Assembly: GCA_963769425.1 (NCBI GenBank)
Contig: CAVYLP010000006.1
Coordinates: 896,001 to 960,000 of the forward strand
Length of the DNA stretch: 64,000 bases
DNA from: Candidatus Bathyarchaeota archaeon
GTDB lineage: Archaea > Thermoproteota > Bathyarchaeia > TCS64
Direction: 5' to 3'
Made by a program: the position numbers and the translations under genes. Under the pieces are notes generated by a model. That model did not search any database. It saw only the letters and a program-made list of their open reading frames with translations, and was not told the DNA's origin. How positions within the stretch are numbered: position 1 is the stretch's first letter; each line of letters opens with the position of its first letter. Shown in pieces: positions 50,736-60,810 of this stretch.

Positions 50736-50855
50736 TTCTTATTCACTTACTGGACGTTAATGCGAGTCTATCCGAAAATATAAACGTTAAGTTTTTTTTA
50801 AGGGCATGGGACGCCCTATCTTCATAATGTTTAAATATACATGTCAACTTTTTCA

Positions 50856-50873
50856 TATGAAGAAATCTTCATA
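50856..50873. promoter_or_regulatory. ArsR/SmtB-type operator
   Basis: TATGAAGA-AA-TCTTCATA between TATA (TTTAAATA ~50830) and the arsR start; extra half-site at 50819-50826. Confidence 0.75.
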
Positions 50874-50884
50874 AGTGATTTGTC

Positions 50885-51202
50885 TTGAAGAGAGGTCTCA
50901 CGGAGATTTGCTACGGATTTTTCTCAACATTAGCCAACCCAACGCGCCTCGCCATACTCGAGAAACTCAGGGGCAACCCGATGAACGTCACCCGCCTAGC
51001 AGAAGCGATCGGCCAGGAACAGAGCATGGTGAGTCACAACCTGAAGACGCTCGAGAGATGCAATCTAGTGCACAGCGACAGGAGTGGGAAGGAGAAGGTT
51101 TACAGCATCAACGCCGAGACCGTCGAAGGATTGTTCAGGGTCGTTGAGAACCATGCGGTTAATCACTGCCCGTTCCACGGATCCTGCTCAGAATCAAGGT
51201 AA
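50885..51202 (+). CDS. ArsR/SmtB family transcriptional regulator
   Basis: FSTLANPTRLAIL, QSMVSHNLKTL; C-terminal HCPFHGSC. Confidence 0.9.
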   Translation: MKRGLTEICYGFFSTLANPTRLAILEKLRGNPMNVTRLAEAIGQEQSMVSHNLKTLERCNLVHSDRSGKEKVYSINAETVEGLFRVVENHAVNHCPFHGSCSESR

Positions 51203-51216
51203 ACGAGTGAACCAAC

Positions 51217-52872
51217 ATGAACGAACAAAAAGTTGAGGTAGAGAAGGCAGAGTCGCCGATGTTCTGCTACCAATGCGAGCAGACGGCTCAGGGAAGGGCA
51301 TGCACCCAGATCGGTGTGTGCGGCAAGAATCCGGAAGTGGCGGCCCTGCAGGACCTCCTAATCTATTCCCTTAAGGGGCTGTCGATAGTCGCATCCGAGG
51401 GACGCAAGAGGGGGATATATGACAAGGAGATTGACAGGTTCGTCTGCGAGGCCGCGTTCTCCACGCTGACGAACGTAAACTTCGACCCGGAGAGGATCGC
51501 GGGGTTCGTCAGGAAGACCGTCTACTACCGCGATAGACTGAACAGACTCGTTAAGGCGAAGCTCCCCGAATCCATGGAGGGCTTCATGCCCTCCGACGAC
51601 ATAGTCGAGATGGTCAAGCAGGGGGAGAAGGTCGGCATCAAATCAGAGCCAGACGCGGGCAGCGACGTACACAGCCTGCGCTGGACGCTCATCTACGGCC
51701 TGAAGGGGATATGCGCCTACACCGACCACGCAGCGATACTCGGGAAGGAGGACGAGGGTCTCTACGCTTTCGTTGAGAGGGGCTTCGCCGCGGCTGCTAA
51801 TCCAGCAATGGGGTTGAACGACTACCTTGGCCTAGTCATGGAGGTGGGTAAGATGAACCTCCGCGCAATGGAGTTGCTCGACGCCGCAAACACAGGTGTA
51901 TACGGTAACCCGGTCCCGACCACAGTGCCACTCGGCCACAAGAAGGGCAAGGCTATACTCGTCTCGGGGCACGACCTGAAGGACTTGGAGCTTCTGCTCC
52001 AGCAGACTGAGGGGAAGGGCATCTACGTTTACACCCACGGCGAGATGTTACCCACCCATGGATACCCGAAACTGAAGAAGTACAGCCACTTCTATGGCCA
52101 CTACGGCACCGCTTGGCAGAACCAGATAAGGGAATTCTACACCTTCCCCGGTGCCATACTGATGACGACGAACTGCATCCAGCGCCCGGCACCAACGTAC
52201 ATCGCCAACATATTCACAACGGGGCTCGTTGGATGGCCCAACGTCACCCACATCGCCAACAAGGACTTCACGCCAGTTATCAAGAGGGCCCTAGAACTCC
52301 CCGGTTTCCAGGATGACAAGGAGGCGGGTACCGTCATGGTGGGCTTCGGCCACGAGGCGGTGATGAGCGTCGCTCCCAAGGTCATCGAGCTCATCAAGGA
52401 GAAGAAGATCAGGCACTTCTTCCTCGTCGCCGGCTGCGACGGTGCGAAGCCGGGGCGCAACTACTACACCGAATTCGTCGAGAAAGTGCCAAAGGACTGC
52501 GTCGTCCTCACACTCGCCTGCGGCAAGTTCAGGTTCTTCGATAAGGACCTCGGCACAATCGACGGGATACCCAGGCTCCTCGATATCGGCCAGTGCAACG
52601 ACGCGTATTCAGCCATCCAGATCGCCGTGGCCCTGAGCAAAGCATTCGGCGTTGACGTGAACGAACTCCCACTAAGCATGATCCTGAGCTGGTACGAGCA
52701 GAAGGCGGTCGCAATACTGCTGACACTTCTGAGCCTGGGAATCAAGAATATCCGTCTCGGCCCCAGCCTACCCGCGTTCCTCACGCCGAACGTCCTCAAG
52801 GTGCTCGTGGATAACTACAACATCATGCCCATCACCACCCCGGACGCCGACCTGAAGGCAATCCTCGGGTGA
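51217..52872 (+). CDS. hcp: Hybrid cluster protein (hydroxylamine reductase)
   Basis: MFCYQCEQT..GVCGK, SGHDL, THGEM, GCDG, LACGK, GQCND, WYEQK. Confidence 0.96.
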   Translation: MNEQKVEVEKAESPMFCYQCEQTAQGRACTQIGVCGKNPEVAALQDLLIYSLKGLSIVASEGRKRGIYDKEIDRFVCEAAFSTLTNVNFDPERIAGFVRKTVYYRDRLNRLVKAKLPESMEGFMPSDDIVEMVKQGEKVGIKSEPDAGSDVHSLRWTLIYGLKGICAYTDHAAILGKEDEGLYAFVERGFAAAANPAMGLNDYLGLVMEVGKMNLRAMELLDAANTGVYGNPVPTTVPLGHKKGKAILVSGHDLKDLELLLQQTEGKGIYVYTHGEMLPTHGYPKLKKYSHFYGHYGTAWQNQIREFYTFPGAILMTTNCIQRPAPTYIANIFTTGLVGWPNVTHIANKDFTPVIKRALELPGFQDDKEAGTVMVGFGHEAVMSVAPKVIELIKEKKIRHFFLVAGCDGAKPGRNYYTEFVEKVPKDCVVLTLACGKFRFFDKDLGTIDGIPRLLDIGQCNDAYSAIQIAVALSKAFGVDVNELPLSMILSWYEQKAVAILLTLLSLGIKNIRLGPSLPAFLTPNVLKVLVDNYNIMPITTPDADLKAILG

Positions 52873-53216
52873 ACACGGTGAAAATAGTCGAGGTTAAATT
52901 AGCTCAGGCTAGCCAGAACCCGCACGGCGTCGAGTCCAAGTCTCTCTACAACACTGAGCACGCGACGGTGACCCACCTAGCGCTGAAGCCAGGAGAGCAG
53001 CTAAAGCGCCATATCACGCCGACAGACGTATTCTTCTACGTCCTGGAGGGGCGTGGCGTCGTCGAGGTCGGCGACGAGCAGAGAGAGGTCGGCCCCGACA
53101 CACTTATTGAGAGCCCGAATGGGATACCTCACTGCTGGTACAACAGGAGCGATGGTTTGCTTCGTTTTCTGGTCTGCAAGATGCCCCGGCAGTCGGAGCC
53201 GATGAAGATTCTCTAG
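52869..53216 (+). CDS. Cupin domain protein
   Basis: HITP..FYVLEGRG..P.GIPH. Confidence 0.88.
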   Translation: MNTVKIVEVKLAQASQNPHGVESKSLYNTEHATVTHLALKPGEQLKRHITPTDVFFYVLEGRGVVEVGDEQREVGPDTLIESPNGIPHCWYNRSDGLLRFLVCKMPRQSEPMKIL

Positions 53217-53255
53217 CCTTATCTCCCACGCTTCACTTTTTCCCCAACGATCCAT

Positions 53256-53705
53256 ATGACCGAGATAAAGGTGGGGGACATTGCGCCTGACTTCACCCTC
53301 CCCGACCAAGATGGGAAGTCGCTCACACTTTCCTCCCTCAAGGGAAAAGTCGTTGTCCTGTACTTCTACCCGAAGGACTTCACATCAGGTTGCACGAAGG
53401 AGGCGTGCCATTTCAGGGACGCCTACGAGGACTTCACTGAGGCGGGGGCGGAGGTCGTCGGTGTTAGCGCTGACAGTCAGGAGTCCCACAGGAAGTTCAG
53501 GGACAAGTACCTGCTCCCATTCTCCCTGCTCAGCGACGAAAAGGGCGAGGTAAAGAAACTATATGGGCTCTCGGGTCACCTGCTCCCCGCAAGGGTCACG
53601 TTCGTCATCGACAAAGGGGGTGTGGTCCGCCTGGTATTCAGCTCGAAAATAGACATGAAAGCCCACATCGACGAGGCGATGAAGGTCCTGAAGACACTAA
53701 GTTAA
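53256..53705 (+). CDS. bcp: Peroxiredoxin (BCP/PrxQ)
   Basis: YFYPKDFTSGCTKEAC. Confidence 0.93.
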   Translation: MTEIKVGDIAPDFTLPDQDGKSLTLSSLKGKVVVLYFYPKDFTSGCTKEACHFRDAYEDFTEAGAEVVGVSADSQESHRKFRDKYLLPFSLLSDEKGEVKKLYGLSGHLLPARVTFVIDKGGVVRLVFSSKIDMKAHIDEAMKVLKTLS

Positions 53706-54127
53706 GTGTCGAAGACCACCCTGACGATCCACTCTCCGTCCCTGTTCTCTACGCTCATCATGTGGTAGGTCACGGCTTTCACCGCTATCCCAACCTCGTG
53801 GGTCGCTGCGGAGAAGCGCTCCCCCCTCCCTTCAGCCCTCGCCTTGAAATTCTTCTCATCGACATTGATTATGAGTCTCTTCGCGGTAAGCCCCTCAGAG
53901 TCGTTGAGAAAGAGCAGTTCGTCAAGGATGTTGACGATCAGGCTCTGGAGATCCGTGCCATTCGCCTCCGCGGTGTAGGTCTCCTTCTCCTTAATGCCTT
54001 CGAGGGGGGTTATAGAGTTCAGCATCCCGAGGGCCACGTTTGCGACTGCCTCTCCCAAGGTCTTACCCCTACCCTCAATGAGTAAGTCAGCTGGTGGGCC
54101 ACCGGGCGGATAGTTGTACCCCGACAA
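53702..54127 (-). CDS. Archease
   Basis: AD..IEGRG, VKAVTYH, VVFDT. Confidence 0.85.
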   Translation of the reverse strand: MSGYNYPPGGPPADLLIEGRGKTLGEAVANVALGMLNSITPLEGIKEKETYTAEANGTDLQSLIVNILDELLFLNDSEGLTAKRLIINVDEKNFKARAEGRGERFSAATHEVGIAVKAVTYHMMSVENRDGEWIVRVVFDT

Positions 54128-54128
54128 T

Positions 54129-55685
54129 TTACTCCCACTCTATAGTGCTCGGTGGTTTGTTGGTGATGTCATAGACGACGCGTGTAACCTGGGGAATGCT
54201 GTTTGTTATTTCATTACTTATGCTCTCAAGGAGTTCCCAAGGAGCGCGTGTGAAGTTGGCGGTCATCGCGTCGACGCTCTCCACTATTCGAACCGCGACC
54301 GTCCACCCATATGCGCGCTCGTCCCCCTTGACGCCGGTGCTCTTCGTGTCTGTAAGGACGGCGAAGTACTGCCAAGGAAGGCCGGCTATTTCGGACTTCT
54401 CCACCTCCTCCGTCACTATGGCATCTGCCTTACGTAGCGCCTCGACCTTATCATCCGTGACCTCACCGACTATCCGGACTGCTAAGCCGGGGCCGGGGAA
54501 TGGCTGGCGCCAGACTAGCTCCCTTGGGAGCCCAATCTTCGCGCCGAGGGCCCTGACCTCATCCTTGTAGAGGTCTTTGAGGGGCTCGACGACTCCTTTG
54601 AACTCCATGTGGAGGGGTAGTCCTCCGACGTTGTGGTGGGTCTTTATCGTATCAGCGTGGCGAGTTATTCCCGACTCAATTCTGTCGGGGTAGATTGTGC
54701 CCTGAACTAGGTACTCGGCGCCGAAGCCGCGTGCCTCCTCCTCGAAGACTCTGATGAACTCCTCCCCGATGATTTTTCTCTTCCTCTCCGGGTCGACGAC
54801 GCCCTGCAGCCTCTTAAGGAACCTCTCCTTGGCGTCGACGACCTTGACGTTTACGCCGATTCGCTCCATGGCATCTTTGACCTGCTTTGACTCGCCCATA
54901 CGCATGAGGCCATGGTCGACGTGAACTGCGATTATGCGATCGCCGAGGGCCTTGCCGACGATGGCGGCGGCTACGCTTGAGTCAACGCCTCCGCTGAGGG
55001 CGATGACCGCCTTCCCTTTTCCGACCTGTCTCTTGACGGTCCTTATGCCCTCTTCGACCGCATCCGCAGGGTGCCAGTTCGGGGCACACTTGCAGATGTC
55101 GAAAACGAAGTTATGGAGCATGCGGTCGCCGTGGACAGTGTGCTTGACTTCGGGATGCCACTGGAGACCGTAGATGCCCTTCTCAGGGTAGCTGAAGGCC
55201 GCTACCGGGGCGGAGTCGGTGTGGGCGAGTACTCTGAAGCAGCTCGGCATGCTGAAGACGGTGTCTCCGTGGCTCATCCAGACTGGCTCCTCGATCTCCA
55301 TCCCCTCGAGTATCCCCTCAGCCTTCTCGATGTAGGCTGTCCTGGAGCCGTACTCCTTAACTGTCCCCTTCCGGACGTCGCCCTTGTTGAGCTGCGCGAG
55401 GAGCTGGTGACCATAGCAGAGGCCAAGAACCGGGACGCCAAGGGCGAGTATCCCCTCATCGAGCCTCAGTGAGTCCCGGGCGTTCACACTGCTGGGGCTC
55501 CCGGAGAGGATGACTCCCCTTATCCTCATCACCTTTCCGAGGGTCTTGACATCGTCGACGGTGGCGTCGCTTGGTAGAATCTCTGAGTAGACATTCATAT
55601 CCCTGACGCGGCGGGCGATTAGGTGGCAGTATTGGCCGCCGAAGTCGAGGATCACGATCCCGTCTGGAAGCAGATCGGGGGACAT
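54129..55685 (-). CDS. guaA: GMP synthase (glutamine-hydrolysing), fused A+B
   Basis: LDFGGQY, GLCYGHQ, QWHPEV, SGGVDS, IKTHHNV, KPPSTIEWE. Confidence 0.97.
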   Translation of the reverse strand: MSPDLLPDGIVILDFGGQYCHLIARRVRDMNVYSEILPSDATVDDVKTLGKVMRIRGVILSGSPSSVNARDSLRLDEGILALGVPVLGLCYGHQLLAQLNKGDVRKGTVKEYGSRTAYIEKAEGILEGMEIEEPVWMSHGDTVFSMPSCFRVLAHTDSAPVAAFSYPEKGIYGLQWHPEVKHTVHGDRMLHNFVFDICKCAPNWHPADAVEEGIRTVKRQVGKGKAVIALSGGVDSSVAAAIVGKALGDRIIAVHVDHGLMRMGESKQVKDAMERIGVNVKVVDAKERFLKRLQGVVDPERKRKIIGEEFIRVFEEEARGFGAEYLVQGTIYPDRIESGITRHADTIKTHHNVGGLPLHMEFKGVVEPLKDLYKDEVRALGAKIGLPRELVWRQPFPGPGLAVRIVGEVTDDKVEALRKADAIVTEEVEKSEIAGLPWQYFAVLTDTKSTGVKGDERAYGWTVAVRIVESVDAMTANFTRAPWELLESISNEITNSIPQVTRVVYDITNKPPSTIEWE

Positions 55686-55743
55686 TGATCAACACAACCC
55701 CGATGTCTCTATATGGGTTTTGTTGCACCGATATGCAAGTGGG

Positions 55744-56577
55744 CTACTTGGCGTACGCCTCGACGAGGTCCCTCGCAGTTATGATGCCCACCATCTCGTC
55801 CTCCTCCATCAGGGGGAGCCTCCTGATATGCCTGTCAGCCATGATGTAGGCGGCCTCGTAGACGCTTATCCAGGCTGGGGCGACGATGAGTGGCGTGGAC
55901 GCGTAGCCCTTTACTGGGGCGTCAAGGGACTTGCCCTCCCTCAGGAAGGTGGTTAGGAGGTCTCGCTCCGTGAAGATGCCCTTCGGCTTCCCCGCGGAAG
56001 ACACTATGACGCTGCCGATCCTCTCCTTGCCCATTGTGACCGCGATGTCGGCAACAAGCAGCGCCTCATCAACCATAACGACCTCGGCGGTCATGTAGTC
56101 CTCCACCTTGACCAGCGTCTCCGGCACATCGGGTAGGCTGCGTATGAAGTCGGAGGCGGAGACTATGCCGACGAGCTTCTCCTTCTCCATGACGCCGAGT
56201 CTCCCCTTCCGCTTCATCATGACCTTGGCAGCCTCCTTTATGGGGGCGTCGGGCGGGATGGTGAGGAGGGGCCACGACATGGCTGCACCGACCTTCGACT
56301 TCGCTGGGTCTCTCCTCAAGGCGAGGATGCCGCTGAGTAGGTCTCTCTCGGTGACGATCCCCTTCGGCTTAGCGTCCGCCTCGACGACGAGGCTCCCAAT
56401 ATGTTTCTCCCCCATGGCACGGGCCGCGTCGGCCATGGTCTTATCCTCCGTGATCGTTACGACTCTGGGGGTCATGATATCTTTGACTTGGCGGAACTTT
56501 TTCATCTGCTCGTACGCCCTGTCGTAGACTCCCGGGAACTCCCTCCTCAGATCCTTAGGGTACTCCAACCACACCAC
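55744..56577 (-). CDS. Four-CBS-domain protein
   Basis: Repeated IGSLVV..GIVTERD motifs. Confidence 0.9.
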   Translation of the reverse strand: MVWLEYPKDLRREFPGVYDRAYEQMKKFRQVKDIMTPRVVTITEDKTMADAARAMGEKHIGSLVVEADAKPKGIVTERDLLSGILALRRDPAKSKVGAAMSWPLLTIPPDAPIKEAAKVMMKRKGRLGVMEKEKLVGIVSASDFIRSLPDVPETLVKVEDYMTAEVVMVDEALLVADIAVTMGKERIGSVIVSSAGKPKGIFTERDLLTTFLREGKSLDAPVKGYASTPLIVAPAWISVYEAAYIMADRHIRRLPLMEEDEMVGIITARDLVEAYAK

Positions 56578-56849
56578 CGAGAAGACCCTCTGAATCTAAG
56601 TTGATATCTGTAGTGGTCGGTTACACCTCGGAGCCAGTCGGGTGGAAACCTGCATAATCGCCTTATTTTGGTACATCGTCAAGAGTCAACTGGCTGGTTT
56701 TCTTGTTCTTTTCTGTAATCAGCTCCGTTTTCGGTCTCGATTGTGTATTCCCTTTTTTTCAGGGGAATTACTACGCGGCTTCTCGTTGACGGATATCATG
56801 ATGCCTGGATGTGTTACGTCTTTAAAAGGCGTGGGCTCTGGTCTTACCC

Positions 56850-58082
56850 ATGAAGTACATCAATGTGCCCGCCTGGGAGTGGTACGGTTGGAAGCCCGAG
56901 CGCCTCAGCTTCCCCGATGGCTGGGACGTAAGCGTCCAGAAGATGAAGGGCCACGACGCCAAGGCCCTGAAACCGAAAGAGATCAAGGAGAAGATCACCC
57001 ACCCGTACGGCACCAAGCCGCTGAACGAACTCGCCAAGGGGAAGAGGAAGTGCGTCATCCTCTTTGACGATATGACCCGCCCCACGAAGACAACTCAGAT
57101 GCTACCCGCCGTTCTCGACGAACTACATGAGGGGGGCCTAACCGACGATAGAATAGTATTCATGATGGCATCCGGCGCCCACACCGGGCGGATGCTCTTC
57201 GACTTCCAGAAGAAGCTCGGCGAGGACATCTGTGCGAGACACTTGGTTTTCAACCATAACCCCTACGACAGCTTCGAGGATCTCGGCAAGACGAGCTGGG
57301 GCACACCCATACTCATCAACAAGGAAGTTATGAGTTGCGACCTCAAAGTCACAGTGAGCAGCATTATGCCCCATTTCGGCTATGGTTTCGGGGGCGGAAG
57401 CAAGATGATCCTCCCCGGTGTCTCCGCGGTCGAGTCTATTAGCCCCAACCACGGAATAAAAAAGGGCACAGACCCCGGGAGGGTGACAAGCAATGAGCGT
57501 CGCCTAGACTCCGAGGAGGCAGCATGCAAAGTCGGCGTAGACTTCATAATTCTCTCCCTCCTCAACGCTGCCTCCGATGTGTGCGACTTAGTCTCCGGCG
57601 ACATAATAACCGCTCACAGGGAGGGCGTCAAGCGGGCACGCGCCCACTACGTCACTAAGGTCGTACCCGACGCCGATGTAAGCATAGGAAACACCTACCC
57701 AATGGCTAACGAGGGCTACAAGTCCTACCACATAGCTCTCGAGTCCGTCAGGAAGGGAGGCGACCTCGTCTACCTCCTATACACCCCCGAGGGGTGCCGC
57801 GTCCACTTCTACAACGGTCGCTTCGGAACCAACTACGGAGGCGAGGGGTGGAACCCTGAGGTCTACACGAAGAAGCCTTGGAAGATGGAGCGTGTCATAT
57901 GCGTCAGTCCCAGCGGTCTCATGAAGGCGGACGAGCATTATTACGGCGAGGGCTCTAAGTGGGTTAAGAAGTGGAGCGAGGCTAGGGCTCTCATGGAAGA
58001 GGTCCACGGCTCAAGTGCGAAGGTTGCCATCTATCCCACGGCCTCCATGCAGATAAGCGAGAAGAACGCAGGCAACGACTAA
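56850..58082 (+). CDS. LarA-family (nickel-pincer dependent) racemase/epimerase
   Basis: DDMTRP, GAH, NHNP, PHFGYGFGGGSKMILPG, NH. Confidence 0.85.
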   Translation: MKYINVPAWEWYGWKPERLSFPDGWDVSVQKMKGHDAKALKPKEIKEKITHPYGTKPLNELAKGKRKCVILFDDMTRPTKTTQMLPAVLDELHEGGLTDDRIVFMMASGAHTGRMLFDFQKKLGEDICARHLVFNHNPYDSFEDLGKTSWGTPILINKEVMSCDLKVTVSSIMPHFGYGFGGGSKMILPGVSAVESISPNHGIKKGTDPGRVTSNERRLDSEEAACKVGVDFIILSLLNAASDVCDLVSGDIITAHREGVKRARAHYVTKVVPDADVSIGNTYPMANEGYKSYHIALESVRKGGDLVYLLYTPEGCRVHFYNGRFGTNYGGEGWNPEVYTKKPWKMERVICVSPSGLMKADEHYYGEGSKWVKKWSEARALMEEVHGSSAKVAIYPTASMQISEKNAGND

Positions 58083-58205
58083 CCCTTACCTGCGAATCGT
58101 CACTTTTTTTCTAAACTTTGACACTACTTCAGTAAGTGCCCAAATGTCTACTGTTTAACCATTCTAAGCGATGTAGAAGTCCACATTCTTCTCTAACACG
58201 GTTTG

Positions 58206-58626
58206 CTAGCTCTCCTGAAGCTGCTTCATGGTCGCGTATAGCGCGGGGTAGAACATTGCCACGTCAGTCAGTGAGAGGATACCAACCAAGTCCTCACCTA
58301 ACTCCCCGCCGAGGACCGGCAGCTTCTTGATCCCCTGGACCAACATGACCTGGATTGCGCTCTCAAGTAGAGCGTCAGCCTTTACGACGAAGACGGGCTG
58401 GGTCATAATATCTAAGACCTTCACCTTCTCGGGGTTCTCTCCCTTTGCGGCCACCCTCGTGCAGAGGTCCTTATCTGTGACGATACCGGCGAACCTCTTA
58501 TTCGACAGCACGACGAGGCTGCTGACGCTGCGAGAGTCCATCATCTTCGCAGCCTGCCTCGCGGGTGTAACTACCCTCGATAGTGACGACACTCGCGCGC
58601 ATGACATCCTCTATCTTCAGGCTCAT
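58206..58626 (-). CDS. CBS-pair protein (frameshift ~58563)
   Basis: True N-terminus MSLKIEDVMRASVVTI in another frame; GIVTDKD, IKKLPV, GILSLTD. Confidence 0.82.
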
Positions 58627-58773
58627 CTTAAACACCGGTTACGACTCAACACACGGGTTTTGATTCATTAAAGCAATTTTGGACCTTCGGCCAGTATCAC
58701 CGATACGTGACCTCTTAGCTTAAACTTCAAATCCCACCAAATGAAATGATCAAACGCCCTTATCGGTGATTCT

Positions 58774-59193
58774 ATGAGCGGAATAATCCTAGTCAGAGAC
58801 ATCATGGCGAAGAACGTCAAAACCGTCCGCACAGACGACAGTGCCCACGACGCCGTCGTCAAGATGAACAAATTTGACGTAGGTAGCGTCATTGTGGTAA
58901 ACGGCAACCGCCCAGTCGGGATAATCACGAGCAAGAATATCCTAAGCAGGGTCGTTGAACCCCGCCTCGACGCCGGAACGGTCAAGGTCAAGGACATAAT
59001 GAGCAGTCCCATCGTGTCCATCGAGCCGGATTCCTCAGTTGAGGATGCAGCGAGGCTAATGGCTCAGAAGAGGATCAAGAAGCTAGCCGTGATGGACAAG
59101 GACAAGATACTCGGCATCTTGAGTACGAGCGATATAGTCAGGGCTAATCCAACCCAACTCGGCATTCTACAAGAACTCCTTAAGATCAGTTGA
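58774..59193 (+). CDS. CBS-pair protein
   Basis: VRDIM, VGSVIV, IKKLAV, GILSTSD. Confidence 0.9.
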   Translation: MSGIILVRDIMAKNVKTVRTDDSAHDAVVKMNKFDVGSVIVVNGNRPVGIITSKNILSRVVEPRLDAGTVKVKDIMSSPIVSIEPDSSVEDAARLMAQKRIKKLAVMDKDKILGILSTSDIVRANPTQLGILQELLKIS

Positions 59194-59308
59194 GCGAGAA
59201 GACACCAATCTCAATGAGATAATCATTAAGTACAACTTAAAATCTGAATTACGGTTGATCTCCAGCCAAACCTTTTACACACTGGAGGTGAAAGGAACAA
59301 CGGTGTTT

Positions 59309-59857
59309 ATGGTAACTACAAGAAAAAAGGATCCATGGGAACGACCGGCGACGAAGTCGACCGAATACCACTGCGTTGAGGCGCGCAGGGGCAGAGAGTT
59401 CATAGTCAGGATGACGACGGGGACCGACGTTTACAAGGCCCTCCAGCAGTTCGCTAAGGATAAGAAAATCAAATTTGGAAAGATACACGCCGCCTTCATG
59501 GGCGGTTTCGCTCCCGCTAAGATGTTCATGTGGACCCCCGACACACGGGACCCCTCGAACTGGCATAACGAGACTGCGGCGAGCTTCGAGAACCTTAGCA
59601 TGCTCATCAGCATGAGCGGGATGATACACACACGCATTGTCGACGGCAAACCCGAGCCCTTCCCCGCCATTCACTTTTGCATCGGCGGATCTTGGGACGT
59701 GCCCACCGTAGGGGGACACCTTATAGAGGGGTCCATTGTGAGGGGTGTCGTCGAGGTCTTTGTCACCGAGATACTTGGAATAGAGGAGATGCTCCCCTCA
59801 AACTATAACCCGGCAGTAGATGGAGCACCCGAGGAATGGTATAAAGAAGTAAAGTAG
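59309..59857 (+). CDS. DUF296/PPC domain protein
   Basis: ISMSGMI..AIHFCIG..VGGHLIEG..VEVFV. Confidence 0.75.
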   Translation: MVTTRKKDPWERPATKSTEYHCVEARRGREFIVRMTTGTDVYKALQQFAKDKKIKFGKIHAAFMGGFAPAKMFMWTPDTRDPSNWHNETAASFENLSMLISMSGMIHTRIVDGKPEPFPAIHFCIGGSWDVPTVGGHLIEGSIVRGVVEVFVTEILGIEEMLPSNYNPAVDGAPEEWYKEVK

Positions 59858-60100
59858 CACTAATCCCAGCTTTTTTGTTTAATTAAACAGTTATTTCAAT
59901 ACTTATAGCCATAGTTATTATTAACATATTTTTTACAATGTTTTAAATACTTTTATAAAATCAAGTCTATTTGAACTATTTGCATTAAATTCATCAAAAT
60001 ATCTAAAAAATATCTCGGAATATTACATTTTTAAATTTAGGAATGCCATTTCTCTAGGCTGCAGAACGGTTTCTGATGCCGAGGGAAAGCCCCTCAATGA

Positions 60101-60313
60101 ATGGTGAAAAAGATGCCAGAGTGTGAAATCTGCGGCGAAGAATCTGACAAGCTCATCAAGTGTAAGTCCTGCGGAGCAAAGTTCTGCGAGGACTGTGGCT
60201 CCCCAATCGAGAAGCTCTGCGAGTTCTGCGCGGAGGAAGAAGAAGTCACCGAGGAAGACCTGGAAGACATCGACGAGGGGTCGGGTGTAGAAGCCGGGGA
60301 CGACGACGAGTAG
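60101..60313 (+). CDS. Small zinc-finger protein with acidic tail
   Basis: CEIC, CKSC, CEDC, CEFC followed by an E/D-rich tail. Confidence 0.75.
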   Translation: MVKKMPECEICGEESDKLIKCKSCGAKFCEDCGSPIEKLCEFCAEEEEVTEEDLEDIDEGSGVEAGDDDE

Positions 60314-60395
60314 ACTTCCCAACCCGCCCGAGAGGGAACACCCTTTTTAAATGAAGCTAAACCACAATGCGTATCTTTATCGAAACGAGGCTCAC

Positions 60396-60761
60396 ATGGA
60401 AATGTCCGAGGAGAAGACAAAGTACTGCCCTTACTGCGGCGCGCAAATCGATTATAAGTACACGACATGCCCATCATGTGGCAAGCCGCAGCCGCTGATA
60501 GACGGCACGGCGCCTCAGCGGACGGTCGTGAAGAAGAACGCGCTCCTCGCAGCCATCCTATCCCTCCTAATCACCGGCGCAGGGCAGATCTACCTCGGAC
60601 GAGTCTGGAGGGGCTTGGGATACTTGGTGGCTGTCCTCCTCTTGGGCATCCTATTCGACGGGATCCTCACGTTTGACGAACTCATGATAATAGGCGTCGT
60701 GTTCTCGATTATATCCGCCTGGGACGCCTACCGAATAGCAAATGAGATCAACCGATCCTAG
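60396..60761 (+). CDS. Zinc-ribbon + TM2-like membrane protein
   Basis: CPYCG..CPSCG; AILSLLITGAGQIYLG; WDAY. Confidence 0.8.
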   Translation: MEMSEEKTKYCPYCGAQIDYKYTTCPSCGKPQPLIDGTAPQRTVVKKNALLAAILSLLITGAGQIYLGRVWRGLGYLVAVLLLGILFDGILTFDELMIIGVVFSIISAWDAYRIANEINRS

Positions 60762-60810
60762 CCATTGATCAACTTTAAGAAGAGTAGAAGGATAAACAGG
60801 TTAACCAACC

